Shown here in pieces: positions 52,684-64,000 of a stretch of 64,000 bases of DNA. The notes beneath the pieces were generated by a model. That model made no database searches. It was not told where the DNA came from and was given only the letters and a program-made list of their open reading frames with translations. How positions within the stretch are numbered: position 1 is the stretch's first letter; the number at the start of each line of letters is the position of its first letter. Origin of the DNA: Octopus sinensis (Eukaryota); assembly GCF_006345805.1 (NCBI RefSeq), contig NC_043007.1, positions 46,562,001 to 46,626,000 on the forward strand, read 5' to 3'. The position numbers and the translations under genes were made by a program.

Positions 52684-54145
52684 ATGCTTATATACACATA
52701 TATATTCATGTTTATACACACACATATATAAATGTATATATCTATAAGTATGCATATGCAAGATTATTTATTGTGAGCTCACGTCTATATAATTTTATAT
52801 AATATGCTTATATAACATACTTATGTGGGTATATATTTGAAAATATGCCTTGGTCGTCAATCCATATATTTAAGCAAACACACACATATGTACTTGCGAA
52901 TATGCAAATATTTTCATATGTACATAAATACCTACATACCAAGACACACACACACTGATACATATATATCAGTACAAGAGGTTGTCGCTTAGACGACTCA
53001 CATATATGTGTGTGTGTGTGTGCGTGTGTGTATGTATGTATGCATGCATGTATGTATGTGTGTATTGATGTATGCACGTATCCGTGTATACATGTCTGTA
53101 TGTACTTCTATACACATCCACTCACGTCTCCATTGATACGTCATATAACTAAGATTCTTAACAGCAAGACATTTTGTTATTGCTTGAGACAACGCAACCC
53201 GTGTGCATGCTCTTAATGTTGCCTTATTTTATAATAAACATACATCATATTGAATTTATCTATAGGAAGCAATGAACTAGAACAAATAGTTTAAATATTT
53301 TAGCTTAATTATATCTGAGAATGTTTATAGTTAAAAAAAAATATATATATACGCCTATTTTTAACCTTATAAAAGCGAGTAAGTTTTGAAAACTGTCAAA
53401 TGCAGACCGTTCGATTTTTGTTGCTTTTCTATTAGCCCAAGTGAAAGACAGAGGTGGACGAATGCATTGGTGTATCCAGAGTACTTATAAAGAATACTTG
53501 CAGGAATATAAACAATCTAACGTTTATATCACCAGAACATTCATATGTGAATGTATGTTTGTATGTGAGTGTGAGTGTGTGCGTATGTGTTTGTGTGTAT
53601 AATGTGTTTGTATGCATATACATATATATAGACTCACCATCACACAGAGCTTCCTCTCTCTCTCTGCGTGTTTCCTCTTATGTATTTATGAATCTAGCCA
53701 TACATGACGGCGATGCCTTTCCAATTTGTTCCATAATCTGATTTGTCTCTCTCCAGCAAATATGCAGCTATGACCTTTTTTCCGTTTTATCTCTACTGTA
53801 AGGGGTTTTTTTGCAGGTAATTTTCCTGATGCTGTTGCTGTTAGTTTCTGTTCCCCTGTTCCTCTGTTATCTCTCGAACTCGGGACATTACCATGACAAA
53901 AGCACCTACAAGTTGGCAAAATTGTCTCATTTACGAACATACTTTTAGTGCAACGGATGATGCAATGTTGTTCTACATCTTGCTTGGAAGTCTGCAAAAA
54001 GAGGTCTCTCTGAATTCAGGATTCTGCATGCTATAAATATAACAGATAGTGCACATTTCTCTGTCTGACAACAGAGCACTCGATTGGTAATGGTCATATA
54101 AAATTTCCATGTTAAGCACATACGCACGTTCGCATTCACAAAAAT

Positions 54146-54185
<40 letters not shown>

Positions 54186-54938
54186 CGCTATGGACCTCAG
54201 TCGTAATTCTCTGTCATGCATTTTCCTTACTTCGATAAAATCATACATCTGCTCCTCAAAGTACTGTACATGTTCCTGAATATGCTACACAGGCGTTTAC
54301 CCTTAATGTATGTCATGTGAAGCAATGCGTGACATATTTAATCCTTTTAGATTTTCCTTTTAATCCAGTGGTTCTCAACTAAGTTTTACCTGTGTTCCTT
54401 TTGATTACTGTTTTATTCTGTTAGACCCCATAGGGATCCGATATTTTAGAAACTAGTTTTAAAGACGCTTTTTTCAAAGCTTCTATTCTGTCTCCCATAC
54501 ACACATTTGTGTGTGTCTGCAACAGCGCTCTCTGAGAGAACGTAATTCAGTGGCGAGAAACTTGTTGAATTAAGCTGATTATGAGAGAAAGAAATCTAAT
54601 TATTTCTTGCAATGAATACAACTAAAATAAATTGTTTTCAGGGGTCCTTAAATACTACTGTGGATTCTCAATTTACTATATTGCTTGTGTATGCCCTCAA
54701 AACTCTTATACAGATCCATCAGGAATCATATAACCCCAGATTAGAACCACTGCTTTAATCCACTCTCCGAGCTTCTACACATCCTCATCAGTTTGAAGAT
54801 ACGATGAAAATGTCTAGGCAGATCTATACGAAAAAATAAATAGCAAAAATATCACCCAGTCGGTTGAACGCGGACGCACAATAATGCGAACGGTATCTAA
54901 TCATTCTAAGTTCATATACACGCAAGCATATATGTATG

Positions 54939-55445
54939 TACTAGCTGTTGGACCCGGCGTTACTCGTGTTTTCTGTGGTGAAGTTAAGCCCACCTCTGAC
55001 CCTGTATTGAAATCTTCTAAGTTCCCCGTGCCAACTATTATCCATTAAGATATAATATCTGGTTCGGCAGGCTCTTGCAGGATGAGTAGATGTGGGCAGG
55101 CGGAGGCAAAATGTTCAGAGTAGGCTTAAAGAGGACACAAATTGAAATACGCATTTCCTTAGTGACTATCCAATCGATTTAGTTGAAATTTTAGACGTGA
55201 CAAAATGCAAAACCTACAGGAAAAATAACATCGTTATGGGAAATTTCCCCCGACTGAGCTCACAAAATTCGATTACAACTGAGCATTATTGGGTTTTCGA
55301 AAAACTCCGGCCTTTTTTTTAACTTGGCATGTGATCTGCTTATGTGTCAAAAATAATTAAAATCGGTTGGATGGTGTGGGAGGAGTAAGAGTAACCCCAA
55401 GCACACAGACAGACAGACACCATTACACATTTATATTTATGTATG
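54939..55445 (+). mobile_element. Putative non-autonomous rolling-circle element (HINE/DINE-1-like)
   Basis: 5' tactagctgttggacccggcgttactcgtg; 3' aaaatcggttggatggtgtgggaggag followed by (ACAG)n and catttatattt..gtat. This is the layout typical of Helentron-associated elements (pattern recognition only). Confidence 0.5.
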
Positions 55446-55859
55446 TATGTATGTGTTTGCTTGTATGTGTCTGCGTAATCGTACATGTGTGTACGTCCCT
55501 GTATGTGTGTGTGTCTGCAAAAACACTGGTACCTACCATGCACACACACAACATACACACACACAATGTACTTATTCTCTGAACTTACGGGTTGAAAGAC
55601 ATTCTTTTTACAATGTGTATGCAATAAGGAAAATGTCATTGCATCTCTTTTTATACAAATCAGCCCCAAAGTCGATCATATCCGGATATACTTGAAATTA
55701 CTATCAGTATAAATATGTTCAATTTGCTACACATCAAAATATATTTAAGTACTGAATTATTGCAAAGTACTATTATAATAGATTTATCAATATACTTGAT
55801 AAAAATCGTTAACGTGATTTTTATCCTTATATATATATATATACACATACATATATATA

Positions 55860-55907
<48 letters not shown>

Positions 55908-56026
55908 TATATATATATGTTTATATACATGTATATTTATACTTATATTATCTTCATACGTATATTGAGATATATGTATGTATATTTATGTATATGTATA
56001 GGTACATATATATCTATCTATATATT

Positions 56027-56068
<42 letters not shown>

Positions 56069-56678
56069 TAAAAATTAGTCTACGTTTATACACAAAATAG
56101 TTGACCATAACAGGACACCTTACATGCTAGAAGGAACAGTCAAATCCAAACCACAATTAAGAGCGATTTCGAATGGGATAAGAAATTTTTAAAAATTCCA
56201 AAAATTGTACCTAGATTTCGGCCATTAATGAACAAATGACATAATCTGTGTATCTGTGTCCTCCATCAGCTAGGGCCGCTATATAACGTATACTTTTGGG
56301 ACAAGTAGAGAGCACATGTACCATTTTTCATACATTATAATGTTTCAAATCCACCCCGCAAGCGCATTTATCGTCGACGGCAAATAAAGACTATATAAAA
56401 GCGATATATATATATATATATATATATCAGGTCATAAAGAATGTTAAGTCCGATTTTGAACTGAAAGTTTATTTTGCATTATCTCAGTAAAAAGCAATGC
56501 AGTTAATCAAAGTATAGGACTTAAATTATCAACACAATTTGCCATTTTATCTGTAGCTTATTTATGCTTACAATATTAACTGCTCGGGTAATATTATTTA
56601 AAGTTTACCTAAATATTGCCATGTCTTTTGTTCAAGTGTCACTTGTTTCGTCCGTCAATCACTGGTTTACAAACAAAC

Positions 56679-57799
56679 ATGGCATGGTAAGCAAAATGTG
56701 ACCAGATTGTTGCTTTGAAAACACCTGGAGTGCACAACAAGGACATAACAAGTCAGTTGAATGCGTGCCGTAAAGCAGTATTCAGTACTTAGTAAGGATA
56801 TATGGAGTCCGGTATTATCTCTAGCAAACCAATTCCCGATATTAAACGGTCAATTCATACCAAAAAAAACTGTTGAAGCTGTGTAGAAGTGAATGAAGCA
56901 AAATCTCCGCACCAGTGCAAGAAAAACTGCAAAAGCTCTTCATTTTTCGAAATCGTCAATGCACAGGATTTTAAAGAGGATTTGAAGGTAACTGCATACA
57001 AAAAACCATCCCGGCAGAAGCTTCTGAGAAAGAACAGCTCGACAGGAGTAAAACCATGTTAGCTGAGATGAAGGATACCGCTAACAATGCGCTGATTTGG
57101 CCTGAGGAGAATATTTTCACTGTGGAGGCAGTTACCAACAGCAGAACGACAGCCTTTATGCACGTAATGCAGAAGGCTTGCCCGAAAGGTAGCAGGAGTC
57201 ATTTACGCAGTCAGAAGCCAGCTTCACCTATCGTGTGGGCTGCAGTTGCATGTGGTGGGTCCAAGCCCCCTTTGATCTTCATCGATGCTGCTGGCACCAA
57301 GGTCAACAGTGTATTTTACGTAGAAATGTTGGATGAGAAACTGTTAGAGAAACATTCGGTAACCGTTACATCTTCACTCTGAAGACAGGGCTCCGGCCCA
57401 CACATCCAGTTTTTCATAGAGATAGAGTAAAGAGCATTTCAGCGGTTTTGGAGACAAGAATATAAGGCCTCCCAAAGTCTAGACTTCTATCCCATGGACT
57501 TAGCTATTTGGTCCATCTTAGAGAGTAATGTTTCTGTTCGCACCTATTCAAATGTGTCAGATCTGAAGAAAGCTCTTCTGTCTTCATAGGTCAAGTTGGA
57601 TGAAGATGCGGTATGGCGCTCATGCAACCCCTTGACCACTATTTGCAGACTATGATCAAAGCAATAGGTGGTAATTTTGAAATGTTATTTCTACAATGGA
57701 TTGACAATTTACATTAGAACGTGTGACAAGTTTCATTATTGTTCAAACAATTTGCTCCCACTACTTATCTTTTACAGGAACGTAAACTAAACCACCCTG
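56679..57799 (+). mobile_element. Decayed maT (DD37D)-like Tc1/mariner transposon
   Basis: IWPEENIFTVEAVTN..SQKPASPIVWAAVACGGSKPPLIFID..KVNSVFYVEML; degenerate PPKSPDLNPMD region (~57470-57500); right-end TIR-like accaccctg. Confidence 0.75.
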
Positions 57800-58126
57800 T
57801 CGTCAAACGGGACTGATGAAGAAACACAAGCGCAAAGAAACAAATACACACGCACTCACGAACACATTTGTCCATCCGATCCCACAAATATATGTTTCTC
57901 GGTCTCAAATCAACTCACAAGCTATGGTCGGTGCAGCGACTTAGTAGAAGAAACTGACCCAAGGTTCCACGCAGTACATATAAGCATAAATACATTTGTG
58001 CGCGAATGTGTGTATGTGCACACATATGTAAACCAATAAATACGCATGTATATGCATATGTATGCGTATATGCATATATATGTATATGTGTGCGTGTGTG
58101 TGTATATACATATGTTTGTATACATA

Positions 58127-58201
<75 letters not shown>

Positions 58202-58289
58202 TAGATATGTTTCGACCAAAGATTGGTCCAGGCTATGTCTAACTTTATAGCACCACCTGATAGGATTATTCGAATCCTGTTTAAGAAAG

Positions 58290-59117
58290 TTTTGTTTAAC
58301 TCAAGTTTTGTTCAAGTAGTGAGTTTTTGTTGGGTGAGTTGTATCAAGTTTTGTTCAAGTAGTGAGTTCTTTTTGGGTGAGTTGTATCCAATTATGGGTG
58401 GCTTTTCTGGTATTCTTTGAAGGAATCTATCCAGACTCCGTTTAAAGCTGATGGGATCCTTTTCCCCTTTGATCTCCCTCGGGACAGTGTTAAATAGGGC
58501 AGGGCCTGTTGAGGAAAAGAAATTATGTTGCAGTGTACATGTATGTTGTGATCTTGAATTGGGCAGGGGACGTATGGCCCGTGGTCCCAGTCTTGGATGA
58601 ACCTTGAAGCTAGTGTTTAGGTCGTTTGGGCAAAGTTGGCGGTATATTCTCCCCATCGTACAAATGATGTACCGCTCACGGCGACGCTGGAGGGAGTAAA
58701 GTTTCAAGGCTTTAAGGCGATCCCAATAATCGAGAGCAGCCATGCCTTCAATTCGTTTAGTGAGTGCCCTCTGGGGTGACTCAATTCTGGAGATGTTTTG
58801 TCTTGTATGGGGAGACCACAGTGGGCTGCAGTATTCAAGGTGTGGCCGTACAAAGGAGGAAAAAAGTGGCATGATGACACCTTGTTCTCTGGACCGGAAA
58901 GTTCTTAAGATCCAGGAACTCATCCTACGAGCTATATCGACCTTCTTGTTGATGTGTGCACACCAACTGAGATCGTCATCAACAATTACACCAAGGTCTC
59001 TGATATTGTTAGAGGCTGTGAGCGGTTCCCCTGAAGGAAGAGAGTATGGTTGTTTTAGTGAGGAATTTCTTCCAAAATGCATCAGCTCGAATTTTCCCTC
59101 ATTCAGTTGCATTTTGT

Positions 59118-59120
<3 letters not shown>
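58290..59120 (-). mobile_element. 5'-truncated CR1/L2-type LINE (RT C-terminus)
   Basis: ORF 58312-59220: [82 protein letters not shown], open over ~260 codons. 43-bp tandem duplication at 58302-58387. Confidence 0.9.
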
Positions 59121-59173
<53 letters not shown>

Positions 59174-61058
59174 CATACATATATATGTATATACGCGTAT
59201 TTTCCCTCATTCAGTTGCATTCAGTTGCATATATACATATATATATATGCATGCATATATATGTATGTATATACGCACACACACAGACACACACATAACT
59301 ACATGCACACAGTGGTAGGAGAGGAGGCAGGATGATCGTAGCTTCTTTTCTCTACCCACACTATATATTCTATGTATTTTTTGGCGAAGAAATTAATTTG
59401 ATATTGATTTTATGTGACCCTATGTTTGTCAATAAAAGTGAAGTACTTTATTTCTAGCGATACTATTTAAAATATTCGAAAAACATGACACACGCGTTTT
59501 GCATTTGTTCGTTGACATGCAATGCTTCATTTATTTAATAGAAAACGTAATATCTTAACAATTGCGAATGCGATATAAGAGAAGAAAACATGAAACTTTT
59601 GAGGAAGTCCCTCTAAGTCACGAATAAATTCCAGGTGTCTTATGTTGTCAAAGACAATAGAATAATTCCCTGCATAGCTGCACACCATACAGTTTTGCTT
59701 TTATCTAAATGAACTATTGGTGCTGCATTCTAGCTAATTTCTGACACGAATAAGCTAGTGATTGCATTTCTAGTGAAACTACGAACGGAGTGAAACAGGA
59801 TGTTCATGCTGAGTACAAACTATTAATACACGCTCGCCTCCAACTGAACTATATTCTAAATAAATTGTGATCATCATGTAAAGCATGATAATCGCGATCT
59901 ATTCACATTTACCTTACTAAAATGCTGCCTACTAAAACACACTAATAGGTAAATAATGTAATCCACATTTGCATATATCTGTATATAAGTTTGCAATTTC
60001 TTCTACAGAATGCTGCATGAAACCGTTTTATTTAGGAATGACACAAGCCATAAATTTATGTAGTGTGAAGGAAAACTTATTGGTTACAAGTAAGAGGGAA
60101 ACATAGGTTTTCAAGGCTACATAGAAATTTTATATATGATTACTTTTCAAGTCTTTGCAAAAGAGAATTGTTTTCTTGCTGCAAGCAATTATATCAGAAA
60201 TTGCATGAAGTGCAAATATACTTTCCCAGAAAAGTGTGGCGTGAAACTTGTAGCCTTACATAATTCCCAAAACACACAATTCGTACCAAAAATATTGTCG
60301 ATATAAGACGTTATTGATAAAAGAAATAAATTAAACAATTTTATTAATTCAAAGTATGATAATTGTGTGCTGATATCATTTCGTAATTGATAATTTCACA
60401 GCAGATCCGATTTACAATTTATCCATTTTCACTTGTCTTACTATTATTACTAAAAGTTTAGAAATTCGTTGGGTTCAAATGATTTTACTTGCTACAAATA
60501 GTCCCAGTAGTAAAATAAGCAGATTGTGTTTTCAAGCGAAGTCTCATATTACCGTCAAAATATAATGGAGCATTGATTGAATTTACAGGAATATTATTTA
60601 ACTACAAGCAAGTGAAAACAAGTGAACGTATATGTACAAGTATCACTAAGTGTGTCTGCGGCGGCCACAGTCTAACTGAGACACATTTGTTATTTTAATA
60701 CTCTTAGTCTGTTCTTTCTATTGGAGAGCGAATGCACGAAACGTGAAAAGCTTTTCCTTCTACTTTTCCTGTGCGTATACCTAATACATGCTGTTGTATT
60801 TCTTAATCTTATCGTCGTGTTTCTTTTTAACTTTTGCATAGATATATCAAATGTAACTACATTTTGGCATTTTCACCCTCTGTCTTCCTTTTCTTTTGAA
60901 TGTTCCTCTTGTCTCCTGTTTCTGACGAAGAGTTTTGCTCGAATCGTAAAACCACCCTTTCTTTCCTTCCCTGAGCATCTTATTAATACTTTGCACATTC
61001 CACGTCCTCTGGTTGTTCTTTTTTCTTGTTGTCTCTTTTTTATCCGTTTTTTATTAAC

Positions 61059-61113
<55 letters not shown>

Positions 61114-61116
<3 letters not shown>

Positions 61117-61320
61117 TATAGGAAAGAATGGAGCTGAACGAAGATTTAACAAAATTCCTTTATTTTATTTTCGACATGTTTCGAAGTCACGGATTTTATG
61201 CCCTATGGTCGTAACTTCAACCGTGCCCTTTCTGTTGTGAGTTTGCTACCCAGGTATCGGTTATCATTCGAATTATCCGTAATAAGATAATTCATTTGTC
61301 TACTTAAATAATCATATATA
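61114..61320 (-). mobile_element. Terminal fragment of a PLE related to the 22434-27401 element
   Basis: gaatggagctgaacgaagatttaacaaaattcc..tcgacatgtttcgaag aligns by eye with 22606-22667. Retains GAAAC-at-GTC and a 9-bp stem II but lacks the CUGANGA strand. Confidence 0.6.
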
Positions 61321-62429
61321 TTATATATATATATTATATATATATATATATAATATATATATATATACAGTGGCGAACTGAGGAGGCCCACCTGCAACTA
61401 CAATGCTATCATTCAACTTTATATCACTTAAAAAAATTGTAAATATTTTCAAACGAAAAGGTGTGTAATTTAGGGGAGATTTGGCTATTGTTTCTAGCAC
61501 ATGCCAATAGCACCTCTTTTGTCATTGTCACATGTATTCATGTTTTTGAATAACCTTCGTCCTATAAACACATTCTATGGAATGTTGATGTGGAAGTAAC
61601 ACATACGTGGTATATTGATAGGATCTAAGCAACAGCAAAAATTTGAAATTTAAATCCCACCCCCGAGCAAGAGGGGCCATGTGCGCGCGTCTGTGTGTAA
61701 GAAAACACACATTTACTGACAGAAAAGTATGCTATTAAAATAAATCATATTTTAGATACCTTCTTTAAATCATTGTCGATAAATTCCAGGACTGATCTTC
61801 TCAGGCTCTCCAATATCTTAAAATTATAAACAAAAACAATGTGTGTGAAAAAAATCATAAATCTTTAATTTTATTTTTAATAGTATAAGTGAGCTTATGG
61901 GGAGAAAAATATTGAAAAATATTAATACATATGACAGTGACAAAGGTAGTCGTAGGATGTGCTAGAATCTCTCTTAAATTACCCACGTTTTCTTGTGAAA
62001 ATACTTTTAAAAATTATTTTATTTTTAATGAATAGGATTCTCCTCTCGTTTTTAAGTGCTTACTACAAAAACGATTGCCCAAAATCGATCCGGATGGGAA
62101 GGAAGGGGGAGAGAAAAAATCATCCATGGTGAAAAGGAAATTGGAAAAATTACCATAAAAACGGAGAAAATCTAACATGTGGGTGTTCTGATTCGAAACT
62201 CAACCAGTATTGAAATTAGTCATTTCTCATTTTGCCCCAATTGAGACATCTTTTGAGAATGAAAAATTATCGAATTAGACATTAGTATAGGAATAAATTG
62301 AGATGAAATCCAACAGAGAAAAAAATATTAATTGTTAAATATCAAAATTTATCCACAATTTAGCAACCTCAATTCCAATCCGGTCAAAGTTCGGGAAAGA
62401 ATTCTTGAAAGAAAAGTACCTACCACCCG

Positions 62430-62560
62430 ATTGTTTTTCAAAACTCTCTCAGTTTCAACAGCTACGCTGACCAATCTTTGCTCCCAAAGATGATGCAACT
62501 GAACAACTGATGCAATACTTGCAATGTTATAGTTTCAACTGGTAGGAGAAAAATAATGAG
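62430..62560 (+). pseudogene. Possible hAT C-terminal dimerisation-domain remnant
   Basis: LSVSTAT..KMMQLNN*CNT resembles hAT PVSTATAERSFSKMKLIKN; heavily degenerate. Confidence 0.25.
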
Positions 62561-64000
62561 AAAACAGAAATTACATATTTTGTCCACCCTTATAATAATT
62601 TCAAATGTTTGACGAATAGCAATAGTACAAAATGATGAAAATATAGATTTAATGGAAAACATTAAAAAATATATGCAGTAATTCGAAAGCTAAACAAAAG
62701 ATGTTTTTAGCTGTTGTGAGATGTAATTTTATAAAAATAAATTCAAAATTTACATTTAAGAACATTTCTTTCTTACTTGTTCATAACATAAGTCCAGTTT
62801 TCGATGCCTCATAAAAGTGATTAACAAGTACCGATATATATATATATTTATATGTTCATGTCTGTGTGTGTCCCTTTAATTCCAGGGTCATTGCTCAGTG
62901 ATGCATTGGAAAACAAATTAAAATTTCTTTCTATTAATCTATTTCTTTTTCTTATTCAGTCATACTTACACAGAAGCATACACACGCCGGCACACGCACA
63001 CGCACACACACGCATACACACACATACACAAAAACTCACACATATCTCAATTATAATCTTGTTTTAATGCTTATTGTGAGGAAGCTAATAACTGCTAGGT
63101 TTAACCGAAAGTTCCCAAGGAAAATAAACAAATATATTATGGACTGAACTAAACCCACATCAAGTAACCCAACTGGGCGAGGTTGCAGATTTCTCAGCTA
63201 GTCGAACATTTTCCTTGCAGTATTGCTTGTGATTCATCGCATCTGAAATCACCGCCAGCTTGGCATTTCTTAATTTTCAGGGTCGGTAGATTTGGAGTCG
63301 ACTGTATCGATTGAATCCTTCTTCTCAACATTGCTGGACTTGTGCCAAATCAGAAATAATTTTCGATTTGCAACATTAGTAAATGTTTAGATAAAATAAG
63401 CTTGAACTATTTCTGGATGTTTCATTATTTCTAAGATGAAATTACATTGTGATCAATACTACATTTTATCATTTTGAGATCAATGAGTAATAAGTAAGAT
63501 GGTTTCAACTGAATAACTTGTTCTTTGTTTGACTACCCCACCACAATTAAAACATATGGCATTGTGCCTGTCTTATCAAGTAATATTATTAACAACTTGA
63601 AGATAGTGGAGTGATAAACCTGGTGAAGTGAAGATGTACAGGAATAATACTATTTAATATCACCAGTGCTAGAGTGTACTTTTGCTTTCATCTCTTCTAG
63701 ATAGATAAAATAATGAGAACCAGCATGTAATGGATACAGTTCAATTAAATTCATAACACCATTACATGTTTCTGGTTTCATGCCAATATAACAAATGCAT
63801 AATTTCAACAATGTTGCCACAGTCGTCTTAATGACACCATAGCTAACATCCTTCAATCATATTCTCTTCGGACTCAGTTTGTGCTGACATCACGTGTTTG
63901 TTATAAAGTTGAAATTACTCTGCTCATTTAAGCTTGTTGCCTTGTTAATTAGCTCAGTAGAATTTCCGTTTTTCTTTGATAGTCTGTTTCGCTCAAAACA

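Noticed and set aside
53686-53997. 103-aa minus-strand ORF and a nearby GTGAGT donor (53632-53637)
   Set aside because: No recognisable domain; a stop precedes the donor in this frame; may be a decayed RTE-type LINE tail.
58205-58240. gacca/tggtc hairpin plus GAAAC on the minus strand
   Set aside because: CUGANGA is incomplete (internal deletion).
58302-58387. 43-bp direct repeats as a CRISPR-like array
   Set aside because: Two adjacent copies with no spacers, in a eukaryotic LINE 3' end.

Overview
This is AT-rich, microsatellite-dense animal DNA. The repeat families and composition suggest an octopus or other coleoid cephalopod (inference). No host protein-coding gene could be supported; one 72-bp candidate exon is flagged. 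The window is mostly transposable-element remnants: Tc1/mariner (mariner and maT-like), a Chapaev3-like CMC transposase, R4/Dong and CR1-type LINEs, a Gypsy gag remnant, a Helitron helicase fragment, a HINE-like element, a MITE and several tRNA-derived SINEs. The dominant theme is Penelope-like elements (PLEs) inserted in (TA)n tracts. One near-complete ~5-kb PLE (22434-27401, minus strand) encodes RT plus GIY-YIG, has direct and inverted pseudo-LTRs, and carries three copies of a minimal hammerhead ribozyme (HHR). Beside it is an ORF-less ~510-bp retrozyme-like HHR unit with the same architecture. Further HHR-bearing PLE ends and fold-back hairpins cluster at 30.8-33.0 kb. A second PLE has its GIY and YIG motifs split by ~250 in-frame low-complexity codons. 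A tRNA-headed palindromic SINE may be linked to an HHR-like tail across a Dong insertion. All calls were made by eye; no database searches, alignments or folding programs were run.
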